Assembly: GCA_963664325.2 (NCBI GenBank)
Contig: CAXXDQ010000007.1
Location: 512,001-576,000 of the forward strand
Direction: 5' to 3'
Source: Desulfomonilia bacterium
GTDB lineage: Bacteria; Desulfobacterota; Desulfomonilia; UBA1062
DNA: 64,000 nt
A program made the position numbers and the translations under genes. Under the pieces are notes generated by a model. It made no database searches. It saw nothing but the letters and a program-made list of their open reading frames with translations, and had not been told where the DNA came from. This document shows positions 48,816 to 57,498 of this stretch, piece after piece (position 1 is the stretch's first letter; each line of letters opens with the position of its first letter).

Positions 48816-49760
48816 TCACTGTTTCTTTGATTCACTGGCTGCCTTTGCAATTACGAATTTCTTGAAATTCAAGCCGTTATCTATGACTTCTTTTATCTCC
48901 GACCTGCGTATCCAGCGGCTGTAGGTCCATGTCCAGCGTTCCGGTTTTTTCCTAATAACCGATTCTGTCCAGCCATGCATGTAATCGCTGATGGACTGAA
49001 TTACATCTCCCGAGAATATACGCGTATCGACTGCCGGGCATATCGTGATTGCATATGAAAACCCCTGTCTCATTGAATAAACAGGAACAATAAGGGCGTC
49101 GCCTTTGTTTGCGATAAAGGCGGGCGCAGGATTGGTCAGAGCAGGCATGCCGAAAAAATCACAGAATAGGGTTGTCCCCTTCTCACCGCGTTTGTCTATT
49201 ATCACCCCGATTGTCCTGCCTTTTTTAAGTTCCCTCACGAGCATGAGCAGCTTTCCGGTCGGCGGCAGGATTATGGCCCCGGTCCTTCTGCGGAGATCAT
49301 TGATAAGCTTTTCAATTTCAGAATTGTCCCTGAGATCGGCCATTACACAAAACTCAACCCCCAGCATGCGTGCAATATGGGCCTGGATTTCCCAGTTGCC
49401 TGCATGGGAGCTTATCATCATCACACCCCGGCCTGAAACCTGGGCAGCCTTGAGGTTTTCTGCCCCCGAAATCTTTATTCTTTTCTCTATCTCTTTATCA
49501 TCCATGTAAGCGTATCTTATGGCATCCACAAACACATCCGCATGGTTGAGAAACACCTTCTTTATCATACCGGAATTGAAATCTTCGCCCAGTGCCGCCT
49601 TCATCTGTATTTCTGCAATTTTGCGCTCACGGACCGCAAATGCATAGGTTATGGCGGCCAGACCCCTTCCGATGCCTATAGCAGCAGGATATGGAATAAT
49701 CCGGAAAAACCAGATGACGGATTTAATTGCAGCAACAATAATTTTATTCAGCACTTTCAT
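48816..49760 (-). CDS. lipid A late acyltransferase (LpxL/HtrB family)
   Basis: HAGNWE motif, FFGMPA and PERWTW.Y.RW. Confidence 0.85.
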   Translation of the reverse strand: MKVLNKIIVAAIKSVIWFFRIIPYPAAIGIGRGLAAITYAFAVRERKIAEIQMKAALGEDFNSGMIKKVFLNHADVFVDAIRYAYMDDKEIEKRIKISGAENLKAAQVSGRGVMMISSHAGNWEIQAHIARMLGVEFCVMADLRDNSEIEKLINDLRRRTGAIILPPTGKLLMLVRELKKGRTIGVIIDKRGEKGTTLFCDFFGMPALTNPAPAFIANKGDALIVPVYSMRQGFSYAITICPAVDTRIFSGDVIQSISDYMHGWTESVIRKKPERWTWTYSRWIRRSEIKEVIDNGLNFKKFVIAKAASESKKQ

Positions 49761-49817
49761 TCATGATTCCATTTGAAAATTCCTCTAACCTGATGTCAGG
49801 GCTTGGGTAAGCCGGGA

Positions 49818-50366
49818 TCAAATCCCCTTCATATCCTCAGTTATCCATTTTACTGCATCAATGATGTCTTTAGCCTTATAGTCAGATTTCACCCTGCCTG
49901 TGCGTTTTCCCACCAGAACGCCCTTACCCCCCACACGGTGAATGGCTTCCATATCACTTTTTTTATCGCCGATGAAGTAACACCTTTCTAATTCAAGAGA
50001 GAAGTCGGCCGCCGCCTTTTCAAGAAGCCCTGTCTCCGGCTTGCGGCAATTGCATTTCACGGCATAAATTTTTACAGTGCCGCCGGGATAATGCGGGCAT
50101 GAGTATATCGCATCGATCCTGGCGGAATCTTCTGCAAGAACGCTTATCAGCCTTTCATGAACGGCCTGAAGAGCCTTCTCGTCAAACAAACCCCGTGCGA
50201 TCCCTGACTGGTTTGTTATTATGATTGCAGGAATGCCCTTTTCGTTGAGCATACGAATCGCCTCTGAGGCGCCAGGAAGGAGTTCAACCCTTTCAGCATC
50301 GCTCAAATACGGTATGTCCTTTATGATGGTGTCATCTCTGTCGAGAAATACGCCTGTCCCTAGCAA
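49818..50366 (-). CDS. gmhB: D-glycero-D-manno-heptose-1,7-bisphosphate phosphatase
   Basis: FLDRDDT, TNQSGIARG, CPH...CNCRKP and IGD motifs. Confidence 0.9.
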   Translation of the reverse strand: MLGTGVFLDRDDTIIKDIPYLSDAERVELLPGASEAIRMLNEKGIPAIIITNQSGIARGLFDEKALQAVHERLISVLAEDSARIDAIYSCPHYPGGTVKIYAVKCNCRKPETGLLEKAAADFSLELERCYFIGDKKSDMEAIHRVGGKGVLVGKRTGRVKSDYKAKDIIDAVKWITEDMKGI

Positions 50367-51255
50367 GCCTTTCTATCTCCCCGATAATCGGTTTTATCGT
50401 ATCCGCCTTCATGCTTACCCTTAATGCATGAAATTTCTCATCCAGCCACTCAGGCCTCAGCCTTACATGGTCCTTTTCGGTAGTTATTATCATGTCCGAG
50501 TCACTGGCTGCCTTCCTTATCTTCCGTATATCAAAAACATTATACTTATGGTGGTCCATGAACACCATTTTCTTTATTTCGGAACAGACGGGTCTGAGGG
50601 TATCAAAAAACCTTTCGGGATTGGCGATACCGCAAAAAGCAAACAATCTTTTCACATTCCTTATTTCAGATAAATTTCCCTTGTTATCAATGATCCCGTC
50701 AATGACAATACCGGTTTCTTTTCCCGTGTTAATAATAAAATCAGCACGTTTGAGGGCAGAAACCGGCTCCCTGAGTTTGCCCATTGGCAGCAGTTTTTCT
50801 TTGTCAAGCGGCCCTGATATCAGGCAGATGTTCAAATCCCTGGATATGCGCCTGTGCTGAAATCCATCATCCAATATGATTATTTGGGCGCCAAATTTTC
50901 TATATGCGAACAGGGCACCCTTGCACCTGTCGGGTGATTTGACGACAGGCAAGCCGGTAATCTTCGCCATGAGCAGCGGTTCGTCACCTACATCTCTGTA
51001 GTCATGGATACCCGATACCGCAACAGGCCCTTTGAGCCTGCCTCGATAGCCCCTTGTCACTATGGCAACATCGTGTCCGAGTTCCTTAAGAGCGCTTGCA
51101 AGCATCATCGCAAAAGGTGTCTTGCCGGTGCCGCCGGCCTCTATATTACCGATGCTTACAACAAGCGGAGGCACCAGGTATGATTTCAATATGCCTTTAT
51201 CGAAGAGAAAATTCCTGAAAGAAACTGCCGTAGCATAAAGCGTCTCAATCATCAT
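50332..51255 (-). CDS. lpxK: tetraacyldisaccharide 4'-kinase
   Basis: SIGNIEAGGTGKTP, TRGY, GDEP, LDDGFQH and TTEKD. Confidence 0.95.
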   Translation of the reverse strand: MMIETLYATAVSFRNFLFDKGILKSYLVPPLVVSIGNIEAGGTGKTPFAMMLASALKELGHDVAIVTRGYRGRLKGPVAVSGIHDYRDVGDEPLLMAKITGLPVVKSPDRCKGALFAYRKFGAQIIILDDGFQHRRISRDLNICLISGPLDKEKLLPMGKLREPVSALKRADFIINTGKETGIVIDGIIDNKGNLSEIRNVKRLFAFCGIANPERFFDTLRPVCSEIKKMVFMDHHKYNVFDIRKIRKAASDSDMIITTEKDHVRLRPEWLDEKFHALRVSMKADTIKPIIGEIERLARDRRISRQR

Positions 51256-53023
51256 CAGGCCCGAACTGGAGGTTATAGAGTCTTGTGTAATAACCGTCCT
51301 TTGCCAGCAGTTCCTCGTGAGTGCCTTCCTCAACGATAACACCGCTGTTCAGGGCAATTATCCTGTCAGCCCCCTGTATGGTCGAAAGCCTGTGGGCGAT
51401 GATAAATGTAGTCCTGTTTTCCATAAGCCTGTTAAGCGCTGCATGAACCTCTATCTCGCTTTCCGTGTCAAGCGAGGAAGTGGCTTCATCAAGCACAAGG
51501 ATCGGCGCATTCTTCATTATTGCCCTGGCTATGCATATGCGCTGCATCTGCCCCCCTGAAAGCCTGACACCCGCCTCGCCCGCTATGGTTTCATATCCAT
51601 CAGGCATTTCCATGATGAAATCATGTGCATTTGCGGCCCTGGAAGCCTCGATTATCGTTTCCAGCGGGGCATCCTGCGACCCATATGCAATGTTGGCCCT
51701 TATCGTGTCGTTAAACAGGATGTTTTTCTGTTCCACCATTGCGATGTTGGCCCTGAGAGATTTAATGGTCAGGTCGCGTACGTCATATCCGTCAATCGTT
51801 ATCGCGCCTGATGTAACATCATAGAACCTGGGCAGGAGGTTCGCTATTGTTGTCTTTCCCGCACCAGACTCTCCTACAAAGGCTATCTTAGCGCCCTTGG
51901 GGGCCTTGAAGCTTATACCCTGAAGGGCGTATTCGTCCCCGTCATAACTGAACGTCACATCCCTGTACTCGACCACGCCCTTGGAAATCCCAAGGTCTTT
52001 AGCGTCAGGTTTTTCATCCATATCAGGCTTTTCATCAATTACATCAAATATCCTTTTGGCAGCAGTAACACCTTCCTGGATTTCAATGCTCACCTCGTTA
52101 AGTTTCTTTATCGGCTGGTAGAGCATGAAAAGTGCGCCCATGAAAGAAAAGAACTGCCCTACAGTCATCTGAGCGTTTATAACCCTGGTGCCGCCCATGA
52201 CAACAATTGCCGCTGCGGCACACCCGCCAAGAAATTCCATCAATGGCGATGCAATACCCCTAATCCTCAGCCGCTTCATCCAGTTCCGGTAAAATTTATG
52301 ATTGTATTCTGCGAACCTTTCATATTCATATTCTTCCATTCCAAAAGCTTTGACAATACGCACACCCGATATGGCTTCATCCAGGACGGTATTGATGTCG
52401 CCCATCACCTCCATGCTTCTTTTCGCATAACGTTTAATCTTCTTCCTGAGACGGTTCATTAAAATAACAACTGCCGGAAACGTCAGAGCGGCAACCGCCG
52501 CGAGTTTCCAGTCGAGATAAAAGACATATCCGATCAGTCCTATCACCGTAAAGCTGTCCTTTACGAAACTCGTCACGGCGCTTGTCACCGAGGCCTGGAC
52601 CATATTGACGTCATTTGTAATCCTGGACATCAGTATGCCGGTGGGTGTCCTGACAAAGTACCTCAGCGACAGCGACTGTATATGAGAATAAAGAAGGTTC
52701 CTTAAATCCTTGATTATTTTCTGGCCGATGTCTGCCATCAGGTAATATCTTCCATAATCACTGAGGTTTTTTGTAAAAAATACCGCCACGATCGCCAGCG
52801 ACAGCAGATAAAGAAGGTTCTTTCTCTTGTTCACAAAAATATAGTTGATGACCGGTTCTATCAGTTTGGCCTGAAGCAGCACACAACCTGCCACGACAGC
52901 CATGAGCAAAATGGCAAGTATCAGCTCCTTCTTGTACGGGCCGAGAAAACCGATCAGCCTTGTATATATTTTGAGATCGCTAACAGTTATCTTAACCTTT
53001 AGGTTGTCAGTTCCTTCACCCAT
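51245..53023 (-). CDS. msbA: lipid A ABC exporter
   Basis: TM domain plus GESGAGKT, LSGGQ, LDEATSSLD and IAHRLST; lies between lpxB and lpxK. Confidence 0.9.
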   Translation of the reverse strand: MGEGTDNLKVKITVSDLKIYTRLIGFLGPYKKELILAILLMAVVAGCVLLQAKLIEPVINYIFVNKRKNLLYLLSLAIVAVFFTKNLSDYGRYYLMADIGQKIIKDLRNLLYSHIQSLSLRYFVRTPTGILMSRITNDVNMVQASVTSAVTSFVKDSFTVIGLIGYVFYLDWKLAAVAALTFPAVVILMNRLRKKIKRYAKRSMEVMGDINTVLDEAISGVRIVKAFGMEEYEYERFAEYNHKFYRNWMKRLRIRGIASPLMEFLGGCAAAAIVVMGGTRVINAQMTVGQFFSFMGALFMLYQPIKKLNEVSIEIQEGVTAAKRIFDVIDEKPDMDEKPDAKDLGISKGVVEYRDVTFSYDGDEYALQGISFKAPKGAKIAFVGESGAGKTTIANLLPRFYDVTSGAITIDGYDVRDLTIKSLRANIAMVEQKNILFNDTIRANIAYGSQDAPLETIIEASRAANAHDFIMEMPDGYETIAGEAGVRLSGGQMQRICIARAIMKNAPILVLDEATSSLDTESEIEVHAALNRLMENRTTFIIAHRLSTIQGADRIIALNSGVIVEEGTHEELLAKDGYYTRLYNLQFGPDDD

Positions 53024-54090
53024 TCCGCCACCATCAAAGAGGCCTTTTCTCCCTGTAGGTTCTGCCTCAGTTCCGTAAAGGCTTTTTTTGCATTGTCGAA
53101 CAGTTCCCTGTCTTCAATGAATCTCAAGAGTTCCAGAGCCAGTCCTTCTGCGGTAAAATCATGCTGGATTAGCTCTGGCGCCACTTTTCTGCCTAAAGCA
53201 ATATTCGGCATACCTATACACTCAACCTTAACAAAAAGACGCGCAAGCAAATAATTAATGCAGGAGGTCTTATAGCAGATCACCTCAGGAATACCTTTTA
53301 TTGCGGTTTCAAAAGAAGCCGTACCCGACTTTACCATTGCCATGTCTGCATCTGGGATGCCGCTTACCGGCTTTATATCGCTATCCAGGAATTTTTTCAC
53401 AAATATCTCATCAAGACCTTTTGCAATGGGAATAACCCACTCAAGGCCATCTATCTTTGAACTGATTATCTTTTTTGCACCGATCATTACAGGCAGCATA
53501 CGCACAATCTCGTCTTTCCTGCTTCCCGGCATTATGGCAATCCTCTTTACGGGCCAGGATGCATCAGAGGGCTTTGTAATGTTTTCCTCAAGAAACGGGT
53601 GTCCTACATATTTTACATTTACGCCGCTTTTACGGAAAAAAGCCTCCTCGAACGGGAAAATCACTGCCAGACCGTCCGTTATTTTAGCAAGCGTCCTTGC
53701 CCTGTAAGCCCTCCATGCCCATGCCTGAGGGGCTATGTAATACAGGACCTTTACCCTGTGCTTTTTCGCAAAGCCTGCAAGTCTCATATTAAAATCAGGC
53801 AGGTCCACAGGAATGAACACATCGGGCTTCATGGTCCGGATTATTTTTTTCAGCCCGGAGTAAACTTTTAGAATACCAAGAAGTTTCGGCAGAACCTCGG
53901 AGAACCCCATGACCGAAAGCTCTTTCATGGAATATATAATCTCCACACCTGCTTCTTCCATTTCATGCCCGCCCATTCCGAATATACGGACATCCGGAAT
54001 TATACGCCTTATCTGTCTGACAACACTGGCGGCATGACGGTCCGCACTTTCTTCTCCGGCGGTTATCAGAATTCTCGGGGTAGTTTTCAT
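52999..54090 (-). CDS. lpxB: lipid-A-disaccharide synthase
   Basis: AGEESAD, DLPDFN, PQAWAWR, VGHP, PGSR, SGT and PELIQ. Confidence 0.95.
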   Translation of the reverse strand: MKTTPRILITAGEESADRHAASVVRQIRRIIPDVRIFGMGGHEMEEAGVEIIYSMKELSVMGFSEVLPKLLGILKVYSGLKKIIRTMKPDVFIPVDLPDFNMRLAGFAKKHRVKVLYYIAPQAWAWRAYRARTLAKITDGLAVIFPFEEAFFRKSGVNVKYVGHPFLEENITKPSDASWPVKRIAIMPGSRKDEIVRMLPVMIGAKKIISSKIDGLEWVIPIAKGLDEIFVKKFLDSDIKPVSGIPDADMAMVKSGTASFETAIKGIPEVICYKTSCINYLLARLFVKVECIGMPNIALGRKVAPELIQHDFTAEGLALELLRFIEDRELFDNAKKAFTELRQNLQGEKASLMVAEWVKELTT

Positions 54091-54119
54091 TTTTCTGCTG
54101 ATACGAAAGAAAAACCGGA

Positions 54120-55049
54120 TTACTTCTCCGGCAGTATCATGTTCTGCTTGATCATATGGGCTACCTTTATTGCATTAAGCCCGGCAGTTCCGTCGACAAC
54201 GACTTCCGATATACCTTTTACCGCATCGATAAAAGACCTTATCTCTGATTTGAGGGCATCGGATTCAGACATTTCCAGCCTTTTGTGCCCGATTTTCTTG
54301 TCCTCGCTCAATGTGAATATATCGACAGCGTTCTTTGCGAAATCGATAGATATGTATGCATCAGGCTGGAATATTCGAATCTTTCTCATTACATCTGCTG
54401 AAATACGGCTTGCAGTAATATTGGCTATGCAGCCCGACTCAAAGCGAAGCCTTGCATTTGCGATGTCGATGGTGTTCGTAAGCACAGGTACGCCTACCGC
54501 CTCAACCGATATGATATCTGAACGCACCAGGGAAAGAATGATGTCTATATCATGGATCATCAGGTCCAGTATAACATCCACATCCGTACCCCTTTCCTTG
54601 AAAGTGCTGATTCTGTGAACTTCAATGAACATGGGCTTTGTAATGCTGTCCTTGAGATTGGCGAATGCGGGGTTGAACCTTTCAAGATGACCTATCTGCA
54701 TCAGCGCCCCGCCTTGCTTGGCCGCATTTATGATTGCCTGTGATTCTTCAATTGTCGCACTCATTGGCTTTTCCAGCAGAACCGCTTTGCCTTTAAGTAA
54801 AAACGGGATGGCGACTTTGCAATGTAAGGATGTTGGGACGACAATGCTGACCGCATCCACTTTCTCAATTATTTCCGAGAAATCGGTAACGGCGGAGGTT
54901 CCTGTTTCCAGTGCAATCTCTTTGGCCCTGTCAGGATCAATATCCGCCACAGCAATCAGCTCGACATCGTCCATTGCCGCATATTTCTGCGCATGAAACC
55001 TGCCGAGATAACCAACACCGATAACCGCTGCCTTAATCTTTTCTTTCAT
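54120..55049 (-). CDS. Gfo/Idh/MocA oxidoreductase, GnnA-like (UDP-GlcNAc 3-dehydrogenase candidate)
   Basis: GVGYLGRFH, EKP, GHLERFNP and DLMIHDID; located between lpxA and lpxB. Confidence 0.8.
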   Translation of the reverse strand: MKEKIKAAVIGVGYLGRFHAQKYAAMDDVELIAVADIDPDRAKEIALETGTSAVTDFSEIIEKVDAVSIVVPTSLHCKVAIPFLLKGKAVLLEKPMSATIEESQAIINAAKQGGALMQIGHLERFNPAFANLKDSITKPMFIEVHRISTFKERGTDVDVILDLMIHDIDIILSLVRSDIISVEAVGVPVLTNTIDIANARLRFESGCIANITASRISADVMRKIRIFQPDAYISIDFAKNAVDIFTLSEDKKIGHKRLEMSESDALKSEIRSFIDAVKGISEVVVDGTAGLNAIKVAHMIKQNMILPEK

Positions 55050-55110
55050 CTTTTGGATTTGCCTTTCAGTCCCGTGCCCTTGCGCCCGATTGAAAATTCC
55101 GTGCCTTGTC

Positions 55111-55890
55111 CTACCTTGCAATTCCCCTCTCGGAGCCTTTTATGAATTCAACAATTCTCATTACTTCGGGAATTCCTGCAAATTCGGCTTCAATTTTTGC
55201 AGCAGCATCCTTCAACTGCAGCCCTCTTTTAAATATCAGGCGATATGCATTGCCGATTGCCGTTATGGCATCATCCGAAAAACCGTTTCTTTTGAGTCCT
55301 ATTGTATTAATTCCGAAAATCTTTGCCCTGTTCCCCTGTGCCTTGGCATAGGGAAGCACATCCATTCCCACCATAGAACCGCCGCCCAGTATACAGTAGG
55401 CGCCGATCTTGGTGAACTGATGTATGGCTGAAAGCCCGCCTATTATCGCCCTGTCGTCCACATGAACATGTCCGGCAAGCGTGGCCAGATTCCCCATGAC
55501 TATGTTGTTTCCCACCTGGCAGTCATGCGCTACATGGCAGTACGCCATAAGCAGGTTGTCGCTGCCTATCCTGGTTACTCCCCCGCCGCCAACGGTCCCG
55601 CGGTTCAGAGTAACAAATTCCCTTATTATATTATTATCCCCTATCTCCAGCCTTGTCTTTTCCCCTTTATATTTCAAGTCCTGAGGAGGGCCGCCTGCAC
55701 TGACATATCCTTCCAGCCTGCATCCTTTGCCTATAACCACCGCCCCCTGAATCATCGTATAGGGCCCTATATATGAGCCTTCACCGATCTCGACATCGTC
55801 CCCGATTATGCAATAGGGACCGATCTCAACATTTTCGTGGATAATGGCCTTTTTCGATATATCGGAAGTTGACTTAATCCTTGGCATCAA
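55111..55890 (-). CDS. lpxA: acyl-ACP--UDP-N-acetylglucosamine acyltransferase
   Basis: Hexapeptide repeats, PQDLKY, IREF, HVAHDC, LAGHV and HQF. Confidence 0.96.
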   Translation of the reverse strand: MMPRIKSTSDISKKAIIHENVEIGPYCIIGDDVEIGEGSYIGPYTMIQGAVVIGKGCRLEGYVSAGGPPQDLKYKGEKTRLEIGDNNIIREFVTLNRGTVGGGGVTRIGSDNLLMAYCHVAHDCQVGNNIVMGNLATLAGHVHVDDRAIIGGLSAIHQFTKIGAYCILGGGSMVGMDVLPYAKAQGNRAKIFGINTIGLKRNGFSDDAITAIGNAYRLIFKRGLQLKDAAAKIEAEFAGIPEVMRIVEFIKGSERGIAR

Positions 55891-56878
55891 GCCTCCTTTC
55901 CAGTTCCTGCACCCTTTTTAAAAGCTCGGGCAGGTTTTTAACAACAGCCTGGACCCTCAGCCATCTCTTGTGGTCCATTGCCGGAGCGCCGGATACCATC
56001 GATCCGGCTTTGAGATCGTTGTGAACACCCGCCCTGGACGCCACTACGCAGCCGTCTCCAATGGTTACGTGTCCGACTATACCGCTCTGTCCTGCTAGAG
56101 TAACATGCCGGCCCAGCTTCGAGCTCCCGGCTATGCCGGTCTGGGCCACTATTATCGAGTGATCACCCACAGTGACATTATGGGCAATATGAACCATATC
56201 GTCTATTTTGACATCATTTCCGATTACGGTTTCAGTCAACGCGGCCCTGTCTATGGTGCAGTTGGCGCCGATTTCAACAAAGTCACCTATTTTCACTATA
56301 CCTTTTTGCGGAATCTTGAGGTGCCTCTCACCGTCCCATACAAAACCGAACCCGTCGCCGCCTATGACTGTACCGGAATGTATTATGCACTCCCTGCCGA
56401 TGGCGCAACCGTCATAAACAACCACGTTCGGATACAGTATGCACCCGGCTGAAATCCTGCAACCGTCTCCGATAAAGCAGCCAGGGTATATCACGCATTT
56501 TTCGCCTATCTCTGAATTCTCGCCAACATAGACACTGGGGAAAACTGTCGAACTCCTTCCGACAACTGTTTTGGCACCTATAAAGGCCATTTCGGATATG
56601 CCCGGTTTGTGCAACCTTTCAGGGTACAGTAGCTTCAGGGTATTGGCAAAGCCAATATAGGGATTTGCCATGACTATCTGTGGAATATCCTTATCTATCA
56701 AGGATGATACTATTATGGCGCCTGCCTTGGAGGTAAGCGCCTTTTTTGCATATTTGGGATTTGAAAGAAATGAAATTTCATCCGGACCCGCTTCATCCAG
56801 AGAAGAAATCCCGGTAATCTCTACATCCTTACCTTTCAGTACACCGCCGATAGCGTCTGATATTCTGGATAGAAGCAT
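55874..56878 (-). CDS. lpxD: UDP-3-O-acylglucosamine N-acyltransferase
   Basis: GGDGFGF, KIPQ.G, EIGANCTIDR and HIAHNV. Confidence 0.96.
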   Translation of the reverse strand: MLLSRISDAIGGVLKGKDVEITGISSLDEAGPDEISFLSNPKYAKKALTSKAGAIIVSSLIDKDIPQIVMANPYIGFANTLKLLYPERLHKPGISEMAFIGAKTVVGRSSTVFPSVYVGENSEIGEKCVIYPGCFIGDGCRISAGCILYPNVVVYDGCAIGRECIIHSGTVIGGDGFGFVWDGERHLKIPQKGIVKIGDFVEIGANCTIDRAALTETVIGNDVKIDDMVHIAHNVTVGDHSIIVAQTGIAGSSKLGRHVTLAGQSGIVGHVTIGDGCVVASRAGVHNDLKAGSMVSGAPAMDHKRWLRVQAVVKNLPELLKRVQELERRLDAKD

Positions 56879-57478
56879 TTATTTCTTGGGTTTGTCCTTT
56901 GTGGTATTTGTTGCCGGTGCAGGGGTCTTGGTGGCTTCCTGAGCTTTTTCTTTTGCAAGGTTATCCAGGTATACCTTGTCAAATTCATCCAGTATAGCCT
57001 GCGTAATATCCATATTGTCAGGAGCAAACACCAAAGCTTCCCTGACTATAATAAAATCGAAACCGTTTTTCTTTGCATACTCGTTTATCATTACAATAAG
57101 GGCTTCCTGCATCGGTCTGACCAGAGAAGCTTTTTTCGTCTGAAGTTCATTATCTGCACTATCTTCGAACTTCTTGAGCTCCTGTGTGGCCTGCTGATAC
57201 TGTTTCATCAGTTTCGATTTAGCATCGGCTTTCATGGCAGGGGTTTCAGCACTGATCTGGTCGCTTAATGTTTTTATTTTCTGGTAATATTTCTCGGCCT
57301 CAGTCTGTTTTTCCTGATAAATTTTGTTCATCGTGGCCTGGATCGATTTACCCTGCTTGCTTTCATTCATCACCTTGTTCATGTCAATGGTACCGATTTT
57401 ATTTCCCTCGGCATATGCCAGGTTTGCAAAGAAAACAACCATCAGACACGTAACCGCTAATAATGCCAACCTTTTCAT
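56879..57478 (-). CDS. skp: OmpH/Skp periplasmic chaperone
   Basis: Signal peptide, KIGTID, coiled coil and DIT; lies between bamA and lpxD. Confidence 0.88.
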   Translation of the reverse strand: MKRLALLAVTCLMVVFFANLAYAEGNKIGTIDMNKVMNESKQGKSIQATMNKIYQEKQTEAEKYYQKIKTLSDQISAETPAMKADAKSKLMKQYQQATQELKKFEDSADNELQTKKASLVRPMQEALIVMINEYAKKNGFDFIIVREALVFAPDNMDITQAILDEFDKVYLDNLAKEKAQEATKTPAPATNTTKDKPKK

Positions 57479-57498
57479 AAATACCTCCATCCTTATTT

